The notes below the pieces were generated by a model. That model saw only the letters and a list, made by a program, of their open reading frames with translations. It was not told the DNA's origin and made no database searches. From Schmidtea nova (Eukaryota), in contig CM097883.1 of the NCBI GenBank assembly GCA_044892505.1, positions 189,658,001-189,722,000 on the forward strand: a stretch of 64,000 nt of DNA, read 5' to 3'. Every line of letters starts with the position of its first letter. The first letter of the stretch is position 1. The translations under genes were made by a program, and so were the position numbers. Positions 49,901 to 63,329 of the stretch are shown here, piece by piece.

Positions 49901-52900
49901 CTTTTTCCGTTTATGCAGAATTTGGCTTTAAATTGAAAACATCACGGATTTTAATCACGAAGACGTTAGAAAACTAATTTACTACTGCTGGAAACGAGGC
50001 CTATCAACCAGAGACATCGAAACAGAAATCAACAACACACTAGGGGAAGGAACAGTGAGTATTCGAACATGCTATGAATGGGTTGCCAAATTCAAGGCGG
50101 AAGATTTCGACGTAAAGGACAACGCACGAAGTGGACGACCTTCCTGTGACATAGATGACTAGATTGAAGCAATTCTTGATGAGAATCATCATGCCTCTGT
50201 TAGAGAAATTGCTTTGAAGTTACAAGTTGGAAGAGAGACAGTGAGAAGTCATCTACTAAAGATGGTAAAGCGATATCTTTCAACAGTGTGGATTCCACAG
50301 TTCTTAACGGACGCAAGAAACACTTGTTAACGATTTTTTGGGACTGCAAGGGGGTCATTTTAATGGATGTTTTGCCTTGCAGTGCAACAATGAATGCCAA
50401 CCATTATTGCTCATTGCTTGACAATTTGAAGAATTCTTTGCTGGATAAAAGGCGCAGAAGAATGTTGGATGGATACCATTACCTTCAGCATGACAATGCT
50501 AAGCCACATACCGCTCATCTAACTCAGGCGAAGCTGGCTGAACTTCATCTCAACGCCGTACCACATCCACCTTACTCACCTGATCTAGCCCCATCAGACT
50601 TCTACCTCTTCTCCCCACTCAAATCAGCTCTACATGGCAAGACATTCAACTGCGCACAAGATGTTCAAGAGCAGCTAGAGTCGTGGATAGAGAATAAAAA
50701 TGAAAATTTCTTCGTAGCTGGCATTAACAAGATCCCTGCACGTTGGCAACGTTGCATCCAGCATGTTGGAAACTATTTTGAGTTCCTCGATGATATGGAT
50801 GATTAATTTGCTTCATAAAATTATTTGTCTTTGTTAAATATATATTCATTGATCAATGTGACTGCAGAAACTTGAATGGCATTAATTTTTCTAACTGCAG
50901 AAACTTTCCGGTAACTGGATTCGGGAGTTTTCGTCCGGTCTAACATGTGTTTTTGACAGTAGAAAAATTGGAAAAACCTGTAAAGATTGACAGAGAAAAC
51001 ATTGCAAAATTGAAGTAAATTATGTTTAAGAATATGGAAATCACACAAATGTGGTTGTCTGTAAAACTAATGTTTACAAGAGAACAATACAGCTTATGTT
51101 GGATCAGTAAATTTGTACTAAGCTCGTTCCATTGTATTTATTGAAAGATGATGGATAGAAACTATATCTATTATATTTATCCTTTATATCAAACTTTATC
51201 CTATTATATCAACTTTATCCTATTATATCAAACGGGATCAAGCTTTCTGGCAAATATCGTGACAACTTTGATCTTCTACATACCCCACTCTAGACGAGAA
51301 TCTAAAGAGTGGATATTACCTGGAAGAAGCCGTCAAAGGAGTTTTATTCATGCACTTCACATGTATTTTTTTATGTTTAAAGTCGATTTTTCCAACGGCA
51401 ACATCAACTGAGAGTACTACGCCACCTAATTTGTATAATTTTATATGTAGATTTTATGATAGTAAATAAAACAGGAAGTCACAATTTAGACTTAGATGAG
51501 CTCTTAATTTACATCCTTATTAACAGTATGACTAAATGCTTTCAAAAATTGCCTATTCATGTACGTATGATAAGTACACAAAATATAATTTCAGAATTTT
51601 AATAATGAAAACAAAATAAAAAAGGTATACTAACCGAATGATAACCCGACAGAATTTTGGATCGCTTGGTCAGTAGCTTCAATTGGATGCTCTTTCCATG
51701 TTTCTCCATTCTCACTTCTCAGAATGATGATTTCTCTTTCACGATCTCGCAATGATGCGTAGTGAGGAACTTCAATTAGAATAGGAGAATTAAATTGAAC
51801 ATTGCATGGCCCCATTTCCATAATTCTAAATTAGATAATAAAAATAATAGAACATTTAACAAAGATTAAGATGAAATTTTAAAATTTATGAATATTATTG
51901 TTTTTAGATAAAACAGATACAAAATACTGACTGAATCTTGGACATTTGGAAAGGTAAATCTTAAAATTTTTGTTGGTTATGGAATGTGAGATTTCGTATA
52001 AAGTGTTCTGTGTTCTATAAAAGTGTTATACAATAGGATACGACTAAATTTACTTTTACTGGGAAGTGAAATAAATAAATAATTATTAATAACAATAATA
52101 AATAATTATTTATTTATCATAAAATATTAATGTTTTATTTAGGGTATGATTTATTTGCAATTTTTTATTTAAGAATCTTTACAATTTTTTCTAACTTGAC
52201 ATTCGTATATTCTAAAAATATTTAAAATAATTTACAGTGGATAAATATTTAGAATTTATTTACAAACCGTATTTTAAGTTCCACAAAACGCATTTGTTAT
52301 AAAAATATTGTTCAAAAGCTGGTGCAGGCTAAAAAATTCGCTTTTTTATAAAAAACTGAGTTTAAAAAATAAACTGCGCTTTATGTGCCAAAGTTATACA
52401 AGACCTAAAATAAGATGAATAGCATTTGTTTATTTTGCCGATATAATTATCTTTTACATAGTTTCTTGAATAAAAATAGCATTTAAATCATCATGTTTTA
52501 TTTATTTTCACTTTTTAGATCAAAATTCTTTTGTATTGAATAGGAAAAAATAATTTTTTATTTTTTGATCTATTGTCTAAAAATAATAATAAATAAAATC
52601 AAAAAATCAAAAAAATCAAAAAAATCAAAGATAACGAAAGAATTAGGAAAATTGAGGTTATACGGCTAGACATGTTCTTCGGAAATTGGCCGTAAAGCGA
52701 AATGCCATATAACTAAGAAATTCAAAAAAAATATTCCAGCTGTTCTCTAACAAAAGAAGAACAACTAATTTTTTGTTTGAATAGATTAGTTATATAGCGT
52801 TTTGATAAAACACTAATTTTCAAAAAACTTACTTAATACATATGACAAGGTATGGGAGTATACTTTCATAACTAATTCTATTGTGATAATATAATAATCA

Positions 52901-55900
52901 CAAACCTGCAAGCAAATCCATCACCATCATTCAAAGCTGGAGGAGAATTCATTTTACTTGGTTTAATCAGTCTACATACCAAGCGAGTGGGACCTAAAGC
53001 CGAACTTGGTGGTACATAAAATCTTAGATTTGTAAATCTTTGAGCTTGCATGCATCCTCCTCGAGCATCAACCATAAAAGAGACCAGGAATCTGGAATAT
53101 ATCAAATCTATACCCATATGCATAGACCAAATAAATAACCCTGACGAAACTGGTTTACGAACAATTGGTACATTTTCAGGTTCAAAATCCCAATCAGATT
53201 TGTTATAAGCTTCTTCAGTTGCAAAATTAATAGCTTCAATTCTTTCAGGCTGTAATTTTATATTATAATATAAACAAGAAATATCAATTCAATATTAAAA
53301 AATTTTAATAAATAATTAAAATTTTGGCATGAATCCAAGAAAAGAAAATATCAACAGTCAATTATACGAAATTTAATATTTATTCGTTAAATAAAATAAA
53401 TCTTTTTATAATTTTTTTTCGTCACCGGTTTTCCCACCAACAAAATTGGGAAAACGTTTTACCATTCATTGATGTATGGGGCTATCTGCCGTCTCTTGTA
53501 CCCGGTCATTTTATATGACATTAAAAAAGGAGTACGATAATGTTCACCCAGAGTAACTGCCAACCGCATGTCCCACCATAAAAATTGCCCTTACCAATAG
53601 CGGCGAAAAACTGATGTTTAACTGTATAAATAAAAATAATTTTATACCACAGTTTTTCAAATTTTTACCCTTCGTTTCCAACATTGTTTCATTATAAAAA
53701 TACTATGAATACATCGTCGACACGTGCATGAGTCGCAAGTCACAACAAAATGATAATCAGCAATTTCATATCACTGTTAATTGTTCTTACTTAGTTTGTG
53801 AAAAGGTGTAAGAGCATATCTGCCTTATCTTATTTTACATTAGCTTTCATTATTTGAACCTTCAAAATTTACTTAAAATTACAAATTTCGTTTGAGAAGA
53901 AATGTTTAAATCGCTTGAATTAATAAACAGTAAAATCTTTAAGGACGTAATCAGAAAGAATAATGTGAGAATTTCTGTCTAATTGTTTATTCAAATGATA
54001 GAAAATTGCTTTAACGAGAAATAAGATTTGAAATAATTGCGATTTTCAATGGTGTAATGACTTACTAAGTCTTAGTAAGTCCAGATCAGCCGTATACTGA
54101 CAAAAAGGGTAAAAGACATATCTTTAAAAATGACAAAAGGTATATTTTGTTCTAAAAGAATTAGTAAAGCATGCAAACACAAATTTTTAAATGATTTGCT
54201 TAGAAGTATTTAACAAACTCATTTGAAAGATATTAAAATATTTTTAATGTGAAAATGTAGAGGAATACAAAAAAAAATTCTTATAAATATTCAACAAATT
54301 TGTAGCAATAGTCAAATAGTGGTCACACACAAATGGTAGCGATAGATGAAAGCAAATCGACATTGGCAATCATCTCAATTCCAGAAAATGATTCTATAAT
54401 TCTTAATCAAAGCATCCGGTTGATAAATGATCGGCATAATTGCTTAAAACAATTGGACATTGGTACAATTATGTATTCATATAGGACACATTCTAGTTTA
54501 TATAACGATTTAATTAATATTACTGTAAAGGTCGTTTAAAGTAAATCCAACTTTAATAACATTTTTGCGGCTAATGAAAATATATCTTACAAATTTAATG
54601 TTTCCACTTGTAGTATTGTCCAGTAACATGTTTTTGATGGGTTAATGCAAATAATTTCCCATGTATGAATATGAAATAAATATTGGTAATGTTTTTACCA
54701 CAGAATAAATTTTCCTAAAACGTGTATTTTTATCTTAATTTTATATATTATACGATTTTGACAAGATAGAACATTATTTTGAGTGGAAAAACTTGATTAT
54801 GTAAAAATTATAAAGAAACTTTTTATTGTTTTTTTCAAAAAATAGAAAGGTTAGGAAGAGTTTACTCGGGATGCATGGTGAAGCGATTAAGGAATAATAA
54901 TAAAATAGTGATAGATATATACATATATGTATCTAAGCACTTTTAATATTGTAATCAGTGGTAAATGTACGATAAATCATCTGATACATAAAAACAATAA
55001 CTAGTCAAATTGCGATAAATAAGTATTTTTGATAAAAGAACTTGGTAGTTATTATGATTTCAACATTTTCTAGTTAGTGAATAATTTTAATAGATATTTA
55101 ACACAAACAAAACAATGTATAAAAATACCTGAATTTCAGTAAGATTGTGATAATTCAAATCTTTTACATTCGTGTTTTCGTGAAAGCTTTCATCTCCTGG
55201 AATATAAAAATAGGGGAATTAATCAAGTCACAAATCAAGTCTAGAGCACGGATGAAGTGTCACTAACCAGAAGCTTCACTGCGACCCTGACTGCCGGAAA
55301 TATGGCTTTTCATGACACAGGGAGACGGTGGCATTGCCGTAAAATCTACTTCACCTAATAGGAACAAAATGGAGAATTTTTACGAAAATTAGTCTAATGT
55401 GAAAAATAGCCGCCTCTCACGCATATAGTTATCAGCCAAGAAACATTACACATAAAAGAAACAACATCTATGATGTATTGTACAACGACCTACGTACCTT
55501 CGTGTGTATGCGTGTGCGTGTTAATGGATTTTAAAATTAGCATTGAAATTATAGAATATTGGTGCTTATCTACCGTTAGAGAATGAATGAGTCATTGATT
55601 AAATTGCAAAGCGGTGTTAGAGCAAACAATCACTCGTTATAAATAGACAAATATACTCGATAAGGACAGACGAATGTCATTCGAAATGACTTCTTGAGAC
55701 ACTTCAATCGGTGCAATGGATATTTCTGTGAAAATTATTTAAGACGATTTTTATTAAAAAATAAAATAACTGAAATAAAATAAAAACACCAAAAGCATAC
55801 AATACCTTCAACAAAATTTCTAAACAAATTAGACGTTATCGAGGTATCTATAGAATTAAAAATAAATAAATGTTTCGCATTTATTCAAATAAAATTGTTA

Positions 55901-58900
55901 ATTTAAAAGAAAAGATTTATTGAGAAGGTTTTTGGTTTAATTATCATATTATCTTGTTATATTTTATTATTATTATTAATTTGCACAGCTGATTATATTG
56001 AAAAAAACTATGATTAAAAGATCAACGTTTTTTGTACATATCAAGAAATAAATCAAACAATTTTGGAGAGATAGATACATTCAACTATTGAACAGCGCGT
56101 TTAATTGGTTCCGTGTTATTCGTGACTCGAAGTTCCTTTAAATTTGACAGTTATTTGTTAAAAGTCATAATTTTTATCTTGTTTTTCGAGACTTCGTGCA
56201 ATCAAAGTAACGCGTTATTCAAGGAATGGCTTTATACGCTTTAAACCCATTTTCTATATGTGGCACTCTAAAACTACATTGTACTTCGGCTTAATGATAT
56301 TTATCTTCATACCAGTTGGAAAAAATTATATAAGATCATTAAAGTTTAGATTTTGTGAAATGGTCATCGTTAATAAACCATTAAGTACAATTGATGAAAT
56401 TGTGGTACAACTAAGAACTTTGAAGACTAATTAGAAAACTTTTCGAAGAAAATTATTATGCAGATCAAGATGTTTAAGAGAATATTCGGCGAATTCCATT
56501 ACTCTGTAAGTTGAACATTAACTTCCCATTCAATGTGCAAGCTTTCATTGTAATGTGTAAATGATTTACAAACGTCTTTATATATTGTAATATAAAGATT
56601 TATTGTACCTGGAACATCTTCTTCAACCCTTATTATATTCACAGCTGAGGTTTTATTCTCAAAATAACAGTTTAATACGCGAGAATTACAAATAATATCA
56701 ACAAGGTCAAGACTTAAAGTCCAATGATCTTTATATAATCAAAGAGGCTATCAGGTTTTACCTTGAGCGCATGACAGTTCAATGTAAATTTCATATTTTG
56801 CAAAAAAAATTGTTTTAATAATCAATTCTTTATACTTTATTCTTGAGATTCTAAGCATACGGTTATTTTGCTTAATTATTATTTCACTCTTAAATTAGAA
56901 ATACATTGCTGTCTAGATAATACATTGCTATCTCGTAGTAAAAAACGAACTCATTCGAAGTTGCGAATTTCGCCTATAAGACAACAAATCCTCATATTCT
57001 AATGGCACATCAACTTAATCACCCAACAGAAAAAACTACTGCACTATAATGTAAAACTTAAAATATAACAATCCACAAGTTTACTCAAGCAAAAAGTATA
57101 GTTTGCGTAAACCTTTACTGTTAATTTTCAGTTTCTTAGAATCGCAGGGCTATGATAAGCTCAGCCTTCCTTCTTACGGATTGGACTATTGGATAGTTAT
57201 TATTAAAATATTTCGTATTGAATGATTTAGAATTTAATCAAAATATATTTTTAAGGATTTCAAAGGATACTACGAATACACTCTATTCCCCTTTATCCAG
57301 ATTGAGGATTCTGATTTATAAAAATTGCATAGTTCATAACATAAATTAATTTTCGAAAAAATATCTCTTTCTTCTACACAAAACCGAAAAAACGCTTATT
57401 TATTTCTGTACAAGTCACTGATTTTATTTTACCTCTTGAAATCTAAATTTTTTTCGAATGCTTCACATTGGAGAGGCACTATCAAACACTGTAATGCAGA
57501 CTTAGTGAGGTTCTTATTAGCGACATACCACGGTAACAACTTAACAAGTTGAAATGTTTTTGGTAATTTCAAACTTTGAAAGAAAATTTCTGGGGGAAAT
57601 ATATATTTTTTATATTTAAACATGCACTATTCTACGACTATTCTACCGGATTGTAAACGTTCAATTAAATTAAATTGATGAAAAGGTTTATATTTAATTC
57701 TTAGGCATACAAAACTTGAAGTTCATAGAGGTACGACAAGACACTTATGAATAGATTTTATTTTTAAGTTTTATTTAAAAAAATATGAAAACTTCGACAT
57801 TGAATTTGTGTTAGATAAATATTTCTACGAATTCTGCATCAACAAAAACCACCACACTAGATTCAAAAATCAAGCACCTATTACAATAAATATCACACCA
57901 AGCTAATATGTAAAGGCACTAAAGCTGAAAATACATCATTTTATCTACCTGATCTGAATTCAGAATCACCGATCAAAGTGGAATCAAAATCCAAACTCGA
58001 AATGCGTGTTGGAACTCCTGGTGTAAAAATATACATATAGAGACATATTTAATGAAGTTTATGTTTAAATAATGAAAATGTTAGCAGCAAAATATTAGAC
58101 TAGCTAGCTAATTGGAAAATGTTATACATATGTGAAGAAACAGGCTTTAAAATACTATTCAGTATGAACGACCTCTAATTTTAACTGGTGAACTCTCACT
58201 GCTGAGAACTGGATCATTTGGTCTATCCACAATATCGATAACGTCCATAGATTCATAAACGTCTATAGTATGAATAAATTATTCATATACAATAAAATGT
58301 AACTGTAATTTTAGATGATGAGATATTTTTATTTTGTAAGGGTTTATGAAAGGAATTTTTGTTATTTGTTATAGAAAATAAAACGAACCTCTAGAATCCA
58401 CTGACTGGGATGACGTTGTGACACCACGTTTCCCTGTAGCAATATATAAAGGATGCAACTTATCAATATTTTTTACCCTGAACAGATTTCATATATTCTA
58501 ATTCTTTCCATATATCATCATTAGACGTCGAGATTCTATATTCATGATCATCGGGCAGTTTAAGGTGTTTATCTATGAAATCATTCCAAATTTATTTACT
58601 TTAAAAAATCGCTTTTACTCTTTCGATCCAATGATTCACTCTCATAAGAATTATCGATGTCTATTTTAGAAACTCTTCCCGTCTCTACCGAAAACAATGA
58701 ATATAAAACTACAACACTTAGACAACACAACATAAAACAAATAATACAATGCAGAGTCGGCTTTTCTGTTGTTACTGAATAAATATTAATAAATCTTACC
58801 TTCATCTTCACTATCAGAAACTGCATGTTCTCCCATATTTTCTGGCTTCTCTAAAATTACGATCTCTTCAGTTTCTTCTTCCTCAATTTCCCAACTGATG

Positions 58901-61829
58901 ACTTCAGTTGTCACTTTTCTCAAAACTTCGAAAATATTCAAATAATGCTGTTTACGAGCAATATGAGCAGCCGTCCATCCTTGCTGAATGAGAAAATTAT
59001 TCGTTTATTCTGAAATTCATTTGGAGAATAAAAAATCTACATTGTTTTTAATATTAGGATCAGCTCTGCTTTCCAATAGAAGATTAACGAGTTGTAAGTG
59101 GCCTTGTTGGGCTGCCAAATGAAGAGGAGTAAATCCCAATTGTGTTTTCTGGTTGATTTGATCCTGATTCATTAAAGTAATTAGATATTTTGCCATATTA
59201 ATTTGTCCGAAATGTGCTGCTGTGTGAAGAGGAGTATACTCGGCAGTAGTCGTTGGTGTTATGTCAGCTCCAGCGTGCACCAAAATCCTAGCAACATTAA
59301 CCTTATCTTCTTGAGCTGCCAAATGCATTGATGTAAGTCCATTCTTTAAAATTAATTTTAAAACATAAATGAAAAATTGCAAATTAAGATTATCAAATAA
59401 AACTTTGGATAAAAAATATTAGAATTCATGTGAACCTGATAGATTATATTTTAACCCAATTTTTAAATAAAAATATGAATTTTGAAGTTTCAAATGTTTT
59501 TTTTTAAACTTTAGAATTTTGATTTATTTTATTTTCAATTATTTTATTTTGATTTATAATCAATTAAAATGGAGATAAAATATTTTAAAGAAAGAAGACA
59601 AAATATTCAAGCTAACTTTTATAATAAATTGAAAAAAATTATTTCATATTTAAAAATCTTCATTTAATAAAACTTGTGGCAAGTTTTAGGTTTTATTAAG
59701 TGGGAGTTTTCAATTATGAAATAATGCCGTTCCCTCTAGTTCAGAGAATAGCTAGAATGTTCAATTGGTGTTCTTATTCCCTTTTTAAACAAATTATCTG
59801 CATTTTTAATANNNNNNNNNNNNNNNNNNNNNNNNNNNNNNNNNNNNNNNNNNNNNNNNNNNNNNNNNNNNNNNNNNNNNNNNNNNNNNNNNNNNNNNNN
59901 NNNNNNNNNNNNNNNNNNNNNNNNNNNNNNNNNNNNNNNNNNNNNNNNNNNNNNNNNNNNNNNNNNNNNNNNNNNNNNNNNNNNNNNNNNNNNNNNNNNN
60001 NNNNNNNNNNNNNNNNNNNNNNNNNNNNNNNNNNNNNNNNNNNNNNNNNNNNNNNNNNNNNNNNNNNNNNNNNNNNNNNNNNNNNNNNNNNNNNNNNNNN
60101 NNNNNNNNNNNNNNNNNNNNNNNNNNNNNNNNNNNNNNNNNNNNNNNNNNNNNNNNNNNNNNNNNNNNNNNNNNNNNNNNNNNNNNNNNNNNNNNNNNNN
60201 NNNNNNNNNNNNNNNNNNNNNNNNNNNNNNNNNNNNNNNNNNNNNNNNNNNNNNNNNNNNNNNNNNNNNNNNNNNNNNNNNNNNNNNNNNNNNNNNNNNN
60301 NNNNNNNNNNNNNNNNNNNNNNNNNNNNNNNNNNNNNNNNNNNNNNNNNNNNNNNNNNNNNNNNNNNNNNNNNNNNNNNNNNNNNNNNNNNNNNNNNNNN
60401 NNNNNNNNNNNNNNNNNNNNNNNNNNNNNNNNNNNNNNNNNNNNNNNNNNNNNNNNNNNNNNNNNNNNNNNNNNNNNNNNNNNNNNNNNNNNNNNNNNNN
60501 NNNNNNNNNNNNNNNNNNNNNNNNNNNNNNNNNNNNNNNNNNNNNNNNNNNNNNNNNNNNNNNNNNNNNNNNNNNNNNNNNNNNNNNNNNNNNNNNNNNN
60601 CTTTTAACCTTTTGCACACCGTTGGCGACTATATGTCGACATGATAGATTCCTTTGTAACTCCGTTGGCGACTATATGTCGCCACTATGTATACATGTAT
60701 TGTTTACCCTAAATAGTGATAAGATTATAAATAGTCATCGATTGTTGTTATTTTTGTTTAAATAAATTAATTTACAAATATATCCAGTGTTTTGAATGCA
60801 CGTTTGCATTATACCTTTTCTATTTTAATTTTTTTATTAATTTTGTCTTAAGTCTACCATTTTTGCCTGAAATTGCAAAAATGTATTCTGGAGTTACAGG
60901 TATGTCATACAAAAAATTCAAAGGCTGAAAGGGTTAAAAAACATATAATTTTGAGATAATGATGATTAGTATAAACCTTTAGTCATTAAATATTAAAAAC
61001 TAACTATGAATTATTAATATAAAATTTTAAAAAATTATTTTGCTAGACATGGATTTCATTATTCAATTACCTTTGCCTTGTGATTAACATCTGCTTTGTG
61101 TTGCAATAATAATGAAACGACGTCTGTGTGGCCTTCTTGGCTGGCTAACTGTAAAGGAGAAAATCCATTGCGGGATTCAGCATTGCTATCAGCATCGGCT
61201 ACTAAGAGCATAATAGCCAGATCCTGATTATTTTTCTTTGCAGCAATATGCAGAGGTGTATATCCATTTTTAGCCTGAATAATTGTATAGCTATAAATTT
61301 TTATTTATATTGAGAGTTTAAAAACAAATTATCCGATCTAATTCATTGCAAATATGAACATAGCTAGTAACATGCACTGATTAAGTGTTTTCATTACTTT
61401 GCATTTTGGATCTGCTTTATTGTCCAATAGTAATTGTGCAACCTTTTCATGGTTGTAATGAGTTGCAACGTGAAGTGGAGTGAGACCATTTTTACCAGTA
61501 GCATTTGGATTAGCTTTCTTTTGTAATAATATACTTGCAACGCCAACTTTGTCATATTTAGCTGCAATATGCAAAGGAGTAAATCCTCTCTAAAGTAAAT
61601 ATTGAAAATCCTGAAAACCGATTTAACTAACTTTAGTTTCTGCTTCAATTTTAGCGCCACTGTCCAATAATAAACTGATAGCTTCACTTCGGCCTTCTTT
61701 AGCAGCAACATGTAGGGCGGTGTAATTGTCACGAGTAGCGACATTCGGATCGGAACCACTTTGTAGAAACAACGCAATCAATTCCAAATTTCCTATTTTA
61801 GTCGCAACATGCAATGGAGTCTGATTTTC
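31268..61829 (-). CDS. Ank: Canonical ankyrin (Ank2/unc-44-like): ANK repeats, ZU5-ZU5-UPA, death domain, long acidic tail; 5' exons beyond the window
   Basis: Phase-consistent GT-AG exons. ANK: 61829-61632, 61589-61398, 61274-61071, 59343-59041, 58983-58800. Linker small exons 58572 to 53140. ZU5/UPA: 53091-52906 ([12 protein letters not shown]), 51825-51635, 47739-47223, 47179-46951, 45731-45529. Death domain: 37958-37752, 36640-36509. Tail: 36463-36341, 36288-36121, 36075-35953, 35891-35811, 35761-35720, 33650-32973, 32775-31268. The UPA-to-DD junction exon (possibly ending at 39867) is uncertain. Confidence 0.95.
33913..34172. repeat. 52-bp tandem repeat, ~5 copies
   Basis: The unit ttatcattgataatttat(c/t)gata(c/t)attgttatccaataaaattcaattgggg starts at 33920, 33972, 34024, 34076 and 34128. 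Confidence 0.97.
36509..37958 (-). CDS. Ank: Ankyrin death-domain exons
   Basis: [40 protein letters not shown]|[17 protein letters not shown]; helix pattern typical of the ankyrin death domain. Confidence 0.9.
36726..37102. repeat. ~80-bp direct duplication flanking a ~200-bp palindromic MITE-like insert with a central GGTTAGGGGTTAGG motif
   Basis: 36726-36806 matches 37023-37102 with a few substitutions. The insert has multiple ggaaaaaatacc motifs on the left and ggtattttt motifs on the right. Confidence 0.7.
38170..38451. mobile_element. Tc1/pogo-type MITE (282 bp, partly N)
   Basis: TA-flanked TIRs CCGTATATACTC / GAGTATATACGG, with internal ggcttata(t/c)gcg repeats. Confidence 0.75.
41188..41770 (-). 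mobile_element. hAT (Charlie/Buster-type) deletion derivative, 583 bp
   Basis: 8-bp TSD GTCTAAGG at 41180-41187 and 41771-41778. TIRs CAG(T/G)GGTTCC(T/G)AACCT. Retains the transposase C-terminus [41 protein letters not shown]. Confidence 0.95.
43774..44242. mobile_element. Harbinger-like MITE containing an (ATT)n tract (43836-43921)
   Basis: Imperfect TIRs caggcctggatttac / gtaaattcggctctg and subterminal gggcccc motifs. Family assignment is from end-sequence resemblance only. Confidence 0.5.
48423..48710 (-). mobile_element. 5'-truncated Penelope-like element, GIY-YIG endonuclease fragment
   Basis: [56 protein letters not shown], the typical Penelope C-terminal endonuclease pattern. Confidence 0.85.
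49704..50947 (+). mobile_element. Mariner DD34D element with an internal deletion and interrupted right TIR
   Basis: The inverted repeat accggaaagtttctgcagttagaaaaattaat lies at both ends. The N-terminal HTH ([24 protein letters not shown]) jumps out of frame to [31 protein letters not shown] (34 spacing); the first-D region is missing. Confidence 0.92.
51255..51425 (+). mobile_element. Short mariner relic
   Basis: [24 protein letters not shown] and [13 protein letters not shown] resemble the mariner catalytic core and the 11-12 kb family ([17 protein letters not shown]). Confidence 0.6.
53140..58572 (-). CDS. Ank: Ankyrin ANK-ZU5 linker small exons
   Basis: Phase-1 symmetric exons 58572-58477 (96), 58433-58389 (45), 58262-58173 (90), 58017-57949 (69), 56644-56609 (36), 55725-55657 (69), 55354-55268 (87), then 55196-55129 (68) and 53249-53140 (110). 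All are AG/GT-bounded and stop-free. Confidence 0.7.
54330..54680 (+). mobile_element. Possible highly decayed hAT transposase relic
   Basis: VAIDESK resembles LAxDESTD, and [13 protein letters not shown] resembles HVMxxVVKIVNxI. Weak. Confidence 0.35.
60608..60933. mobile_element. piggyBac-like MITE
   Basis: TTAA at 60604-60607 and 60934-60937; ends CCTTTT / AAAGGG; two copies of ccgttggcgactatatgtcg at 60619 and 60662. Confidence 0.6.
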
Positions 61830-63329
61830 CTACGAAAATAAATGTGAAAATTTGTTAATTCTACTAAGAAAGTTTATTTCAATTTTCATTGATATCGAAT
61901 GTCTTTATAGCCAAAACTATTATTTCAATTGATAAATAAAAATAAAATAAAGTTTTTATCATCAAAGTAAGAACGCCGACAAGACAAAACAAACATTTAT
62001 CGAAATTATTTTTTTAATTTTATTTTTTGTGTGAATTGATTCAAGTTTTGAAATGAATATTAATGAATATACATGAATATGTTTATTTAAAACAATTAAA
62101 TGAGCATTTAGATTCCAATAAAATACATTGGAAATTTTAATTCAGAGCATAATTGTCAAGAGTTAGATTAAATCAGGCATATATTAAAAGTAAGAGAATT
62201 CCTAAGAGATTATTTTATCCGTTTCTTTGCCTATAAACTTTTTATAAAATCTGTTTCTACATATATCCCCCAATCAGCCATTCATAAAGTAACTTCTATC
62301 CATTCTTGTGATCCTTATATCTCTGCCTTTGACTGCAGTAAGAGCAACTAACTTGGTGATGCAACTTTGATTTGGCTTCCTGGTATGTTTTCAGATACAA
62401 TGATAATTATTAAAAGATGATTCGTTATCCATTGATCTTAATATTTAATTTCTGGATAAAGAATATTTTTAACTTTGTCATAAAGAGGCGTATTTACAGC
62501 AAAGTGATAGAAGGGATTTATCAGTCAAGACTTTTTAGAGAAATATTTAATAAAATAAAATTTATTGACATTTACCTGAATGCCTTTGACAACTTTAACA
62601 TTAGTTCAAATTCCCAAAGCATCCTGATTTATATGGAAATAACTATTTATTGCGTTATTTCTTGATTTAATTATAAATTGACAATTTGAATAAGTTACTA
62701 TAAAAAATTTACATGATCTCTACTTAAATAAACAATATTAAATATGTATTGTGCTTTGTAAATCACAAGCATTGACTGCTGGTTTTATCTCGATTACAGC
62801 ACTGTATATCTTTATTTGGAAAAAATAAAGGTTTCCATATTAATTTGCTACTAATTGCATAACTCAAATTTAAATCATAAGTAAAACAAGTCAACATAAA
62901 TAAATTAAACAGATGAAAAAAACAAAGCACACATTTGCGGTTGACCACATATTTTGCAAGTTTATTGTTAAGGAAAATGAGANNNNNNNNNNNNNNNNNN
63001 NNNNNNNNNNNNNNNNNNNNNNNNNNNNNNNNNNNNNNNNNNNNNNNNNNNNNNNNNNNNNNNNNNNNNNNNNNNNNNNNNNNNNNNNNNNNNNNNNNNN
63101 NNNNNNNNNNNNNNAAGAAATATCAATTGTATTTAAATATTATTGCTAATTTCTTTTATCTTTATGTGTTTTCACAATAAAGATGTAAATTTTAAAATAT
63201 TAAATACGAATTTTCGCCACTTGAAAAAATATTAATCCAGTGTGAAAACAAATGAAAATAAATATAGATCATTGTAAGAAATTTAGATAATATTTGCTGA
63301 CAAAATAAATTATTATTATTAAAATATTT

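Noticed and set aside
57433-57589. 157-nt candidate ankyrin linker exon
   Set aside because: It would shift the reading phase, unlike all neighbouring exons; no support beyond AG/GT ends.
6935-63180. ORFs containing long X runs
   Set aside because: Artefacts of translating through N runs. Several runs have similar lengths (131-136 nt) and one lies inside a MITE, so they may be masking rather than true gaps; their content is unknown.
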